Shown piece after piece: positions 45,010-58,265 of a DNA stretch of 64,000 nt. The DNA is from Balanoglossus misakiensis (taxonomy: Eukaryota > Animalia > Hemichordata): the NCBI GenBank assembly GCA_040954595.2, contig CM082598.2, positions 2,542,001 to 2,606,000 on the forward strand, written 5' to 3'. Every line of letters begins with the position of its first letter. Within the stretch, counting starts at the first letter, position 1. Under the pieces are notes generated by a model, which made no database searches, was not told where the DNA came from, and worked only from the letters and a program-made list of their open reading frames with translations. The position numbers and the translations under genes are program-made.

Positions 45010-47134
45010 ATGGTGCACCACAGACTATGGGCGAATGGGCAAACATCCAAGAATTATGTTGTTGGTCTCCATAGTAACAAGGCGTTCTTTTTTCATATTC
45101 ACCGCGTTTGAAAGAATTACTGAAAAATCTTGGGAATTGTTGATTCAATGATTATCAGGCTATGGAAAACAATCAACATGTGTTGTCATGAGATTAATAA
45201 TTGTAATTTTTTCCCTCAAAGTTTATTAAACTGTTAGGCTTCTGCAATTTTTGAATCCAGTTGTGTTATTGTTGTTTGCCTATGGAAGCTGTTGATGGCG
45301 AAGATTTTGTATGTTCATCTTGTGTGTGTGTTGTTGTTGTTGTGTGTTTTTTTTTTGGGGGGGGGGGGGGGGTCTACCTTGACCTGGGATTTTTTTCTGG
45401 ACAAGTATACCGGTATGGTCGCAAAAATTTTTTTTCATCTAGTCTTTATGAGATTCACAATTTTAAGGTCCTATTAAAAGTAATCTTGTCTAGTGATTTT
45501 GAAAATGGCATTTGACATTTTTCAGGTGGTAAACGGACACTATATGAGCGACCGATTTTCCAAACACAATTATAGTTATTTACAAACAGGTCGGAAAAGT
45601 CAAGCTGGGTTACATGAGTTTAGGTAGTCACCACTGTTTCCTGGCGTGTCTACCCTCAAACAATATCTTGCGTAAGAAATTATTAAACTACACTATTCTA
45701 TCCAGTACGGTGTGGCAAAGGAGAGGGTACCCGTAATAACACATGACAACTACCAGCAACTAATATACTAACACTGTATATGCTATTATCGAAGTTCTTA
45801 CTCACTATGACATCATACCCTGTCTACGTTTGCCTGCAGCCGTTTACAAGGAAATTCTAAATGGATCTAAGACGAAAATGATTTATGTGTCACTGAAGGG
45901 AATACTCTACTTGATAAAGTGAAAAGTTAACTATGAAAGTTTTTCATTGTGTAAAAAGTTGCGTGACTCAGGTACCAGCCGAAGTTATACATGTATGTAC
46001 CGGTATACTCACTTTCTGTGTTTAGAAAATGTGTACCAGCACATTGTCCTGTGTAAATCTTACCCACGTCACAAATACAGAAACCCACGTCCTCACCAAA
46101 TCAATTACTTAAATGATTCACACAGTTAAATTTGCTCATGTGATGGCCGTGGGATTTTCACTGAACTTGATGAATAAAAAAATAGTTAAATTTTAAGTTT
46201 TGGACGATTTCAGGAACAAATCAAACTGCAACTTTTGGCTGATGTTTGTTGTGTGTTTATCAACCACACAATTTCTTCTATTTCCTATATGCGAGAATGC
46301 CTAGTATTGTACGAAATTTCATCATATGTATATACCAACTTGTTAAGTGTTTGTTTTCAACGAACAAACTTAAAATATCAATATTTTACAAGGAAATATG
46401 TCTTTGAGAGGAAGTGTAGGTGTTGACATATAACGAAGTTGAACAAAGACTCGGTAAATAATTCCTCCCTGTTCTAGTTCAGCAGATTTTCTGCCCGAGT
46501 TGACAGAACTTCCCTACGTACACATTGCCACACGCGCCGTATGGTCATTTTGTGCAAGACAAACTTGCCTCTCTGGTGGGCGTGCCAGATTGTCGATTCA
46601 AATCAGGGGGTGAACTCCCCAACATCCTTGGACAGACTCCACTATCCATCCCATGTACACATGTCCACTCAAAATATTGTGTCAAATGCGACACCCCAAC
46701 AAAGTTGCCAAGGATTCAAGTCTGCCAGGATAACACTCCAAACAGCAGTCAGTCAGCACGTTCAAAACTAGTGGACAGCTACTTGGTGTTAGAGTTACTA
46801 AATTCATACTGACAGCATTTCAGGTAAGCATACGACTCTTAACTAAAAGTTGTTGTCCTCTAAATACCACCCGAAATTTGCAGATATTTTGAAATAATCT
46901 CATTTCTTTATCTGTGCCATTTGTGGCAAGATGGGAAAGTAAATTTATAGTTTTCACTTTATTTTAAACTTTAAATATTGGCCATAAAAGCTGGGATATT
47001 GCATTGCATTTTTGTCCTGTGACGTTATGTGTACTGGTACACCGATACGATACTTTTTTAAACTTGATGTCTGGCAAGAAGTTATCAAGTTATTTATCAA
47101 GGGTGGGTGTCATCCTTCTCTTTTAGTGACAGCG

Positions 47135-49538
47135 ATGATGTCCAAATTGATCAGCGTTCTGATTGCCATGGCTACAGTAACAGCAGTAGCTGCCATGCAG
47201 GTGAGAATTTGTGACGTACTACGCCATGATGAAACAAACCTTCTGCTGTGGTTGCAAAAAATGTTTAGGAGAATTAACTTGCCTAGCTACCACAAGCTGA
47301 TTTTCAAGCATGTTGGTATACCAGTATATAGACAGATAGGACGGTAGACAGACAGAATGATGGATGGATGAATAGATAGATATAGATCGATAGATAGATA
47401 GATAGATAGACACAATGCTCTCATCTGTCTTCTCTTTAGGAAGGGCAAAGTGATGAGGACATTGCACGGCGTTCGTTCGAGGCAGAGGATTGTATAGTAG
47501 GTGTACCTTTTTTGATGGTGCCTTTGCAAATCATTAACTACAACTGGCTGAATATTGGGGGCGGTCATAAAAGCTCAGTTCATTTCAGACACATTTTAAA
47601 GTTTATGCAGAGACCATTTCACTCATGCAGTTATAGATGTAGTAGTACATCTCTACTTTTCTGGGTGTAAATATTACCCATATGTTTTACCAAAGTTCTG
47701 TCAGCTGTGAGAGTATAACCTGCATCTAAAAGTACGGGAGCGTGGGACTTATTTTATCAAGTAGTTTGCTTCAAAAGTGCTACATTTTGTTGGTGAAAAA
47801 TACTTAGTAGCACATTTCTGCGTACGGTACAATAAATTCAATCTGATTAATATCAGATGTAGGGAACGGCGACATGTTTTTTTTTATGGTGTCGCCTCAC
47901 AAACGACACCATAAAAAACCAAGTCGCTGTTCCCTATATATCTGATTTTAATCAGATTGGCCGCGACTTGCATTCTGTGTCAATAATGTGAAATAAACTT
48001 ACCTTAGTAGTGGAAGTGATAGTCGTACATGTACTGGTAGTAGAGGTGGTGGTGGAGGTAGTTGGTGGCCCACTTCTCTGCAAGAGAAAATCCTCATTTA
48101 GTAACAACCACACACATAATATAATGCAATAATATATTATCACAAAATCTGAACATGGTCAAATAACAGTTTCAACTGTATTCTTAAAAGAACAGCAAAG
48201 ACGAAAAGTCATTGTTTGTAACAATTATAAACATTTGAAAGAAGATTTGAATAAATACTTACGTTTTATGGCTCAGTCTAAATCCTTAATGGTGACATTT
48301 ATTTCATTTCCTGTAATAAAATATGAAATTATTTATTATATCTCATGCAGCTTGATGGTTGCGTACGTAAGTACTACACTGTTTTCGATTTTTCCTCCCT
48401 GTTTTAAAATCCATGAATTTCATTCATGGTAGACCAGCGTACATCAGTTGTTATATGTCAATGAAAATTATGCGAACACTCGCATCACAACAAAGAATAT
48501 AAAATCTTAATATATTTTATTAAAGGTATACAGTCACTGATTGCTGCAGTTACAATGAAAAGTTAAAATCTAGCCAATGACAGAATTTCAAGTGGTGACT
48601 ATGAAAAAAAGTATAAGACACCACAAAGACTTTCTGAACATTTTGCCATATGAACATTTCAAAATTAGAAGTGACTGTATACTTTTTGAAGTATTGCTTA
48701 CTTATTTTCTAACTTACTTACTACTCTCAAACTCACTCACTCACTCACTCAATCAAACTGGAAAGATCAACACTTAATACGTAGGAAGTATACACTACCT
48801 TTAACTTGATCCATATTGTTTCTCAGCATCATTTTGCCTGTGCAAGAAATACGAGGTCCACTGTGATTCAGATGACGGCAAGACATCGATGGACGCACAG
48901 AAATTCTGCGAAGGCCGCGGGGGTACACTGGCCAACCTGAAAACAAAAGAGATAGACGACGCCGTTCGTGAGTTCATCTATGAGCAGGGGTTGGCCAATA
49001 CAGAATGTGCCAAAAACTATGGCTTTTGGTTCGGACTGGGAGATAAGAACGAGGAAGGGAAGTATGTCTGGAGTGATGGTACACCTCTGTGTGACAGTTA
49101 CACCAACTGGGCTCCTGGTGAACCGAATAACAATGACAAGCAGGATGACGATGGACAGGACTGCTCGCAGTTATGGTACGCAGGCTAAAAAAGGTTTCTC
49201 TTTGATGTACCGTCATTTGTATATCTGAGAATAACGTACAGATCATGTGTTTCTTATTATTTATGCTGACTGTTATAAATTTTCTCATAGGTTCAAATCT
49301 GGGAAAAACTTGAGATGGGATGATGAATATTGCAGCTACAGGCCAAAGGGTATTATTTGTGAAATACCAAGTGAGTATAGTCTAAGTGTTAGATTGGTCA
49401 AATGGGATAAAGGGCATGTAGATATGTGTTGTGAAAGATAGGTGGATGGGGAGGGGAGTGTGAGAGATTTCTTTTTGAAAGGAATAACTATCATAATTTA
49501 TTTTGTCACTTTCAGAGAGATGTTGTTGCTCCTCATAA
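47135..49538 (+). CDS. Secreted single-domain C-type lectin (EPN motif)
   Basis: Exons 47135-47200 (signal peptide MMSKLISVLIAMATVTAVAA), 47440-47496, micro-exon 48351-48366, 48827-49175, 49291-49370, 49516-49538. Motifs AQKFC..GGTLA, FWFGL, WSDGT, NWAPGEPNN, QDC, WDDEYC, ICE. Confidence 0.88.
47843..47955. repeat. Imperfect hairpin (~50-bp arms) in a lectin intron, probably a MITE
   Basis: CTGATTAATATCAGATGTAGGGAACGGCGAC..ATGGTGTCG / CGACACCAT..GTCGCTGTTCCCTATATATCTGATTTTAATCAG. Confidence 0.75.
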
Positions 49539-50244
49539 GAATATCCTAAGACGCTCAACAGTAAGATCTGCCAAGTACACATTGCGATTATGAGGAACAA
49601 TTTCTTTATTCTGATTGTCATTGTGATGTAGTAATACTATAACAATGACAAAAGATGTTTGAAAATATACAATTATTGACTTGACCTATTGGATTTCTGA
49701 CTCCTTTATTGTATATCACCCCTTTCCAATCATGCAGTCAAAAAATTTGTAAACACAACTGCATAAAAATAAAAATACAACAAGATTGATGATGAACACA
49801 TACTTGTTTTATTTCATAAATACCACTTGATAGGTGTTTCCAGTTTTACAATTCAGTGACACTATTTAAAAAACAAAATTCAAATGACTATTTGTCTCGC
49901 TCGTATTTCAACTTCATACATTAAAACAATACAATACACATTGGAGTTGCAGTCTTTAAGGCACAAGTCAAGAAAAGCAACATAAAAATTGAAAGTAACG
50001 CGATTCAGCCAGTAAAGAGAATGTAATTACTTTTTTCCACTTTGGAACAAGCATAGAAGCCACTTACAACAGATTTGGGAGAGGTGTGTAATCGGTTTTT
50101 AATGCCTTATTATATTACACTAATATTTGGCTTATAAATTCACAAATTTCTCCATGAAATTTCGGGAAAACGTACAGGCCAAAGACCTGGACAAGATGAA
50201 CAAACCGAACAATGAACGTCAAGGAAATGCTGCCCTCTGCAGTT

Positions 50245-50311
50245 ATCAGGACGACATCAGTCACATAGACTTCCAAATAAGGAGTTACTCCATGTGACAT
50301 CATAAGCTGAT
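50245..50311 (-). promoter_or_regulatory. SECIS element (type II) of deiodinase-like gene 1
   Basis: Minus strand: AUGAU-GUCACAUGGAG-UAA-CUCC-UUAUUU-GGAA-GUCUAUGUGAC-UGAU. Ten-pair helix II, AUGA/GA core, AA in the apical loop, mini-stem, helix I AUCAG/CUGAU; about 400 nt after the stop codon. Confidence 0.9.
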
Positions 50312-50710
50312 TGGTGCAAATGGCAGCCATCTTGAATTCGATTGGTATGATTTGGACAAATCTGTGAATTTCCTCAAGCTTTGCTGAAATCCAAATTCGT
50401 GAAGAATGATTTTCAGTTTGAATTACAAAATACTTCAATGAAAGTGAATAATTGCTATAGATATTTTCTTCCTGAATTAATCTGAAAAATATATCTAAAT
50501 GTAGTACAAAAAAAGTGTGTGAGGGATGTGTATTTCTAGAGCAGCTGTTTTTGATTGTACCGTGTAGCATATGAAATCTGGGTATCACCTATTATAGATC
50601 AGTAATAATTGTTATTACAAAAATTCTGTCAAAACAGGGAAACATCACTGTTCAATTTCATGGTTGTGGCCAAGTGCAGTTTAGAAATCTCCATCTGGGA
50701 TACGTGATAC

Positions 50711-53700
50711 TTAAAGTTCGTCTCGCGTAACATTTTTAAAATAACTCTCCAAAAAAGCATTTGCTCCTTTCGTCATGATATTTTGTGGGTTCTTCATGAC
50801 TTCAATCACATGATCACTGACATATACTACGCGGGTTTGCTTGGCGATAATGATTCTGTCTGGCCAAGCAGCGTAGCTCATGGCAAAGGCATTTTCCATG
50901 CTGTCCACAAGAACTCTCACTTTATTGTGAGCTGTGTGGTTGGTGGTCAACAGATCGCTGTTCAACTCCACCAATTGTCTGCAGAAAAAAAGGAAATCTT
51001 CGTTAAAATTTGGCAAAGATTACAAGGGGAAACTTGCAGTGATGTAGATATGCTTTGTAACAGATGGCAAGAGGCACAACAGCCAATCAAGGCATGCTCT
51101 TTGATAACTGGTATGACCTCACAAAAATTTGCCCACAGTGCAGACTGCCCTCTACAGTTCAATATACCAAAACTTTTGTTTATCAGAAACTGAATAGAAA
51201 TCTATCAAACTTTTGTCTCTCTCTCTGAAGAACTTACTTTGCAGCTTCAATTCTATCTTCTAAGGTTTGATGTTGTTTGACAGAGGCAAACCTGTCTCCA
51301 AAACTCCAACCGTCTTTTGGGTGAGCCTCCAGCAGATAGATGAACAGAAAGTCCACTCTATCGCGGTAGCGCTTAAACATTTCAAGAAGAGGACCACCCT
51401 CGATGATGGTCTGAAAGAAGAAAACAAAATCATCCTATTTTAAAACCAAGTTGTCGGCAAAGAGTAGCTCTCACAAGTTTATTTTGCTGCCTTTTACTGA
51501 AAATTCATCCTCAGATATCAATGGCAATGGGTATAAGTAACTACTCTTACAAAATATCTAAAAGCTGCGGCACACATTGAACAAAAAGCCATTAAAGGAA
51601 CCCGACTCAACTAACTTTTGTAGCGTGTGGCAGTCTAGGTCTAGGTCCACACAGTTTAACAAAAATCAGCAATGTTTTGTTTGTCCTGTGATACATGAGA
51701 ATGTTCACCCAAGTAAACTCTATAGCCACGCGAGATCTCGCAGGATCTTGTAGAGTTTGGAATATGGTCTATATCTGTGATAAAAGATCAATTACTTACC
51801 CTCATTATGGGTCAGCTTTGTGATGATGCGATTACAACTAATAATTTGTCTGGGCTGCTCTGTAAGTGTGATATTTTTATCCTCTGCCTTGTGTTTATCG
51901 TGATGACATCAACATTGGGTCTTTTGTCGCCGACGTAAAGTTCAGCTTGCAAGAGGTCACTGACTCCTTTGCCAACAAAATCAAAGCACTGCATTACCTG
52001 CGGATGAAATCAACCAGAAAAGAGAAAACATGATTAGGACCATCATTGACATTTCTATAAAACACAAGTAAAGGTTTAAGACTTTGATTTTCGAGGAGCA
52101 TACTGCCTTAACCCTTTTCACCACCGTGGTTCAGTCCAAACCCATTGTTTTCTGTGGTAAGGTTGGACCTCTAAAGAGGGAACTGGGGTGATAGGGTTAA
52201 ACTCATGCTAATTCCTGGCAAAAGGAAAAACAAGTGGAAGACAATAAGAAAATTTACTCAAGCAACAAAGGCTCTCTCTCGCTGCCTTTTTTCCATTAAT
52301 TATGTTTGATACAAGACACTGTATCTGATACAAGACACTGGATATATAGAGAATCAACATTCAACCATACACAACTTCCATCCAACTTGTAGACACGAGA
52401 GTGAAAAACTCGCCAAAATGAATAATCGGTGTTTACCTTTATTCAGTTTGGCAAGAGTTTTACTCTCATATCCTACAAACAGAATGGAAGTTGTGTGTGG
52501 TCGAACATCGATTCACTATATATCCAGTGTCTTGTATAAGATACAGTGTCTTGTATCAAACATAATTAATGGAAAAGGGGCAGCGAGAGAGAGACTTTGT
52601 CCCTTTAAAGACAAAACTACACTATACATAACACACATAAACGTTTTCTTACCTCTGTATCGGTTTTATATTTCGGTACGATGAACGCAAAATAAGGCAC
52701 TCTTCCGGGCATGATATCCGGGTCCACTCCGTACGTTTGTAAAACCTGCCTCTCTGCATCCCGGCAAACGTCGAACATCTCCACATGAAACTGGCTCTTG
52801 TCAACGTTCTCCACACGATCGTTGAATTTCTCAAAGAGCACCTCTGATAACATCACTTCACGCATTTTCTTGGAAACGTCCAGGACGAGGGATCGGTTCG
52901 CCAGAAAGTCAAAGGCCGATATCCCTGTTTCACACAAAAAATAAAATACAATGGTAACTGTAATGATATATGCTAGTGGAATAGCACCCCCAACCTTTCT
53001 ACGCCACTTCCATTGTACTTGCTAATAAAGTATAAGTTGAGTTACAGTTCAACTTGACAAGTGTGTGCCTTTTCATGTAGAATATCGACGCATAACATTA
53101 CAGTAACATTAAAGGGACACTCGCTGTAACCTTTGGCTATATTTTCAGTATTTTTATTCTGTGTGCCAAATGCGATTTCTTGTTCTACTCCACACAGCAT
53201 GCTAATATACCCAGCAATTGTCAATGTAATGCTAATCTAGTTCAAAGGAAGGACCACCTAACCATTATCACTGATTAACATCAATGCACACACTTAGTCT
53301 GGGCATGTTACTGACCTTTGAACTTTGGATCGAATCCCTTATCGCACCCTCCATTGAGGCCGTTCACGTGGGTTGCAGGCGTCTGCGGTGGTGGTTTAGA
53401 TAACCGCAGAACATCCTCTACGACGATACCGTTACCTTGGCAACCATTACCGCCATTGGCCACAAAGGGGCAGCTGAAAATAAAATGGAAATATGTAAAT
53501 GAAACAATCCATTACTGAATGTCAAGCAGTGGTACATGTACCAACATGATGCTAGCTTAAGTGGTCACGTGCTAATTGAGAGCAGGCCTAAAAAAATAAT
53601 TTCATATTAAAATTAATAACTGCAGGTACATGAGAACTATTTATTTCCAGCCAGACAATTTTATTTTGCACAGTGCCTGGCATTTATTCTATTTAAAATA

Positions 53701-55109
53701 TAAACCATTAAAATACTGGTTGATATTTTAGCACTAAGCCACTAGTATTTATTAATAGCAAACAGTAAAAAGACAATGCTTTCCAGGGAAGGGGAAATGT
53801 TGCGGTCTAATGTTTTTATTTTTAGATACCATGAGAAGTAGAATATTATTATTATTATAATTTACATTTGTCTTAATTGAAATATTTCATGATTCTAACT
53901 GTGATGCGAATGTGATAGTATAAAAAATGTCATTTTACAAGTTTGCAAAATCGAACCAGCTGATGCAGAGACTAGTTGATAGCATTGTGATCATCCAATA
54001 GTACCAATCCATTAGGGACAATGGCTTTTAACTCCCGTTCAACACCACTATGTGCACAGTGCAAAGTGCTTTTGTGTCCGAAGTATTGACAAAACTGGCC
54101 ATGTGGCAATGCATAAATTTCTCCCAGTCTTAGATTGTGACCACTCAGGTGATCTTCACTGTGATCTTGACATCAAGGTCAAATTTTAACAATACTAGTA
54201 CATTACATTCTACACAGGTCAGTGACAGGTCATGTGTACATTTCCGCTGCGCAGTGCTCCACATAATCAACAGTATTGTGAAATATACTATTGAAATTAA
54301 CACCTGGGACAATATGTTCAGTGCAGTATAGATACACTGACTCAATTAACAGGCACGGGAATATACATTGTACTCTAAAACACAATCGTTACCGAGCCCC
54401 GGATGCAATCAAACCTGCCGGACGTTTGTCATGTCAACATTGTATCTACTGATGAAATCGGTTTGTAATTTATAACAGTACAATAGGGGGCGGTGGTTCG
54501 AAATGGTCTAATCTCTTTCACATTAAAGACTAATCACACGCCCGAAATTACTTGACAATAGAGAGTAGCAATATTTCCCGTTAATGTGGTAATACACAAT
54601 CAAGAAATAGTCAAAGAAACCAAGGAAAACAGACGATCGCGTCAGCAAAAGTGATGCAACCAATGTTGATGGGGTCGATCACAATGAAAGTGGAAACCAA
54701 CGTCAAAAGAAATTGACATCTTTATTCGGATACGTTTCATTTTCATCCGATCCTATTTCCTATGTATTATCAGATTATTAGATCTCAGAATTTATCGGAT
54801 GGTAGTGACATGCCGATAGTTTTATCTATTGTAATTCTACCATATGTGTTCTGTCATCGGCTTTGCCTATCTGCTTATGTAAATTGTGTATAAACAGTCC
54901 CTGACGTGACCTGGCTAGTCTATTACTATCGCATGATATTAAAAGGCGGAATTTTCCATTGACATACTAGCAGGCAAATACAACAAGAATAAGAAGACGT
55001 ACCTGTCTCCAAAGGCTTCGACTGTCACGCAGTACTGTCCATGGTGAAGCAAAAACTCCGGCAAAAGGGTGAAAATCGTCAAATACACGATCGCCGACGC
55101 ATGGCTCAT
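50711..55109 (-). CDS. Iodothyronine deiodinase-like selenoprotein 1 (Sec UGA at 51814-51812), ~391 aa
   Basis: Exons 55109-55003, 53473-53316, 52924-52653, 51997-51800, 51410-51238, 50978-50711 join in frame with one internal TGA. Motifs LVVIASSQS-U-PIMR, FLFIYLLEAHPKDGW, HQTLEDRIEAA, VLVDSMENAFAMSYAAWPDRIII match the deiodinase thioredoxin-fold family. The first exon is less certain. Confidence 0.9.
52108..52200 (+). mobile_element. MITE family A copy
   Basis: TTAA-CCCTTTTCACCACCGTGGTTCAGTCC...GGGGTGATAGGG-TTAA. Confidence 0.78.
52266..52599. mobile_element. Foldback/MITE with ~80-bp terminal inverted repeats
   Basis: CTCTCTCTCGCTGCC...CCATTAATTATGTTTGATACAAGACACTGTATCT..TACAAGACACTGGATATA is mirrored at 52520-52599. 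Confidence 0.78.
54216..54232 (+). promoter_or_regulatory. Perfect DR5 nuclear-receptor element (AGGTCA-gtgac-AGGTCA) in intron 1 of deiodinase-like gene 1
   Basis: Exact consensus match; TCAAGGTCA lies nearby at 54173-54181. Function not demonstrated. Confidence 0.4.
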
Positions 55110-57880
55110 GGTTTGTCAGCTGTTTCCTCAGAATAATAGGAGGCGGCCGGGCCGTACACATGTGCATATACACTATGTCACCTCATTAATTATTCGGCCT
55201 CGTCTTGGGGACGCGCGACGGGAGCAAATCAGGTCATCTGAAATCCGCGTCGTCGTCAAGGCGATCGCGCACACCTGCCACGTCATCTCGGTACGCGTCT
55301 TGGCCCAGTGCGATACGTCGATATCGCGATGCAAGAATTTGAACACAAATTTTAAAGCAATAAAATTGTTTTTGCGCTTTTATAGAGCGTAGGCCCAGTA
55401 GGTTTCCGACTTTGAAGTGGGCGGGGACACACGAATAGAAAGTCGACGTAAAAAGCAGCCTCGCAAATGCCAATATCGCACAGTCGTTCTATGACACGAC
55501 GGACGCGCGACATGCGTGTCGATAACGTAGGTTTTCTTACCTATAGACACGATGATGGTCGTCAATAAGCATTTTCAGCTTATTTGCACGACCACTACCG
55601 TATCGATAAATAAAAAAAGACACGTTATCGTTCGCGCGTCAAAGAAAAACTAGAAAGTTTGAATAAATTTGTTCTTAGGCCTATACCCGGGGCCTATAGT
55701 AGTTATGACAACCTGTACGTCCCAGTAGTGGGGTCCATAGACCGTTTCAAGCAATACATACAAGTTCAAAAAACCTGCACGAAAGTCCGAAACGGTTCTA
55801 TGTACTAAAGCGTTCCAAAAAACAACTTACGTCAGTGATACAGCTCATTTTCAAGACTCCAAAGATGATGATAATGATGAGAATGTCGACGTCAAGATGT
55901 CGTCTGCTCCAAAACGTGTGCCTTGCACGCAATGCATTGTGGAACAGGAAATAGGACGTAGGACGCGGGCACGCGCACGCACGCGCTCAGACATCAAATA
56001 TCGCTTTCTTCTCCAGTTATCCCAGTTTTTCTCCCCTGCTAGCAGAGGAAACAAATTTAACTCACTTCATGATTATGTTTCCTTGGACTTATTCTAGTAG
56101 CCAACAAATCCCCCAAGCCTAAAGCCCAACTATTATGAATAAAATAGCAAAATTGAAACGACTTTCTACAAGAAATGTTACTATCACACTGATGTCACAG
56201 ATTAATATCCAGACATATTTTGTTTTCCATTTCACCCAGCCTATTCAATTTAACATTTCTTTGTTTAAGCCCCTTTTCAGACATTCACAGGTTGCCTACT
56301 TTTGTACACACCAAACCGAATAGATACAGTAATAAGAATTGATAGAGAACAGATTCAAAGGTCATATACCCCCCTCGAGTAAATACACGCCCACCACTTA
56401 AAGGCAGTAAAAAGAACTCGCCCCATACTTAGAGATATCGCCAACAGGGTTTAGTAGTCGCTTCTGCATACAATACAACATGCAAAAGCTCCAGTTTTTG
56501 CGGTAAAGTAAAATAGACAGGTCAATCGATGCACAGGTTTTTTTGGTGTCATTCTATTAAAGGGAGAACCATTCGATTTGAAGGGGGGTCATTCTAAACA
56601 GAGAATTCATTTCCATGTTTGTAGAAACACTCGACCTCAGAGATTTAGAAACCACACACATAACACAGATATTGCAAGTCAAGTAATGTATTTACTGGCT
56701 CATCGATGGTACTCTCCAGAAACGCTCAAAGACAAACAAAATTACATTTACAAAACCGTAACTCTTACTCCGGTGTAAAGTGCCACTTTTATATCTACAG
56801 AAAGGCTTTCAAAACCGTTTACGTACAGGTCTTTCGCTCAACATATTCGTGTTGATGACTTTATCAAGCAGTTATCCTCAAACATACAAACTTCAGAAAG
56901 ATAGTCACGTCTCATGCCATTATGTGAGAGTGGTGAAATTTACATCTCAGATCATGTTTAACCAAATGTGCGTTTTTCCTCAACATTTGGTTGTGACAAA
57001 AAATGTAACAAGTTATTCAAAACACAAAAATTCGCAAGGAAACCACTCAAAGATGATATGAATTTCCTCAAAACAGGCAAGAAAGACATAATTTTTGTCG
57101 TAAAATTATGAATAAAATTAGTATGCTACATGTTGTTTTATGGATACAATTAAAACCTGTAGACTAGCATTTGGCACATTTTCGCCACCAACACCTACTG
57201 TAGTAGATAGAGACTTGCATTTATAGAATATTTTTAAGTAGTACTTCCAGGTGTAACAGAGTACACGCCAGTATGCAAATATGTAATTTGCATATGCGGG
57301 CTATCGTCAAGTATTGTTGCGTTATCAGAATCAGGATTGGACCCTTACATTAAAGTTAAGCATTCAAATCAAAACAGTAACGTCTTACAAACTCGCAGGG
57401 AATTCTTCTGAAAACCTGACAAAAGATCTTTCCTTAGAACTTTATATCTCCTGCGTTCTGATACGCAACAAACCTTGAGGGTGACAATACACATATTAAT
57501 GCCAGATAATTACATCTCTCCCTGATTATATTTAATCATAAACTGCTTTCTGATCACAGTATGTAACAAAAACATTAATAAAATGACCAAAAATCTTTCA
57601 TTCATGATGGTTTTCATTTTACCATTTTCAGCTCATGACTTAAGTCTTAGACTTTTTCCTTTTATAAATAAATATCACAGTTTTCCTGATATTATTTCAG
57701 TTTAACCTGAATCTGTAAATGGTGTCTGACAATAAGATTGTCGAGAATTCAACAGACTCTTCAAGCAGTATGGAATACAAGATAATTTAGCTCACTAGTA
57801 CTATACGCACTATGCGTGCATTATAAACGTACCAAAGTTGGTAAACATTTCCAGTTTCATGGTGTAAATATGAATAAAAT

Positions 57881-58265
57881 TTCACAACATAACTTTTGAT
57901 GGAGCGATGTTTTTACAAACTCCTTAAAAAACTGCCTTACAAGTTCAAGCATTGTTCAAAAATCGAGTCGTAATACTAAACAGGTCATTAACAGAAAATC
58001 CATCCATTTTTTTCACAACATAACTTTTAGTGGAGTGATGTTTTTACAAACTCCTTAAAAAACTGCCTTACAAGTTCAAGCATTGTTCAAAAATCGAGTC
58101 GTAATACTAAACAGGTCATTAACAGAAAATCCATCCATTTTTTTCCACAACATAACTTCTCGTGGAGCGATGTTTTTACAAACTCCTTAAAAAACTGCCT
58201 TACAAGTTCAAGCTTTGTTCAAATATCGAGTCGTAATACATAACAGGTCATTAACAGAAAATCCA
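57881..58265. repeat. ~131-bp tandem repeat x3
   Basis: CACAACATAACTT...TTTTTACAAACTCCTTAAAAAACTGCCTTACAAGTTCAAGC...AACAGGTCATTAACAGAAAATCCA at ~57881, ~58012 and ~58144. Confidence 0.9.

Noticed and set aside
50115-50588. 157-aa minus-strand ORF
   Set aside because: It lies in the AT-rich 3' UTR over the SECIS and has no protein-like features.
50625-50661. AUGAA hairpin just after the gene 1 stop as a SECIS
   Set aside because: Short irregular helix and no apical adenosines.
51812-51814. Deiodinase-like genes as pseudogenes with a premature stop
   Set aside because: The same TGA is at the catalytic position in both paralogs, downstream exons are intact, and SECIS elements are present.
55831-55848. 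ATGAGCTGTATCACTGAC|GTAAGT as first coding exon of deiodinase-like gene 1
   Set aside because: The phase-0 donor is out of frame with downstream exons; it may be a 5' UTR exon or uORF.
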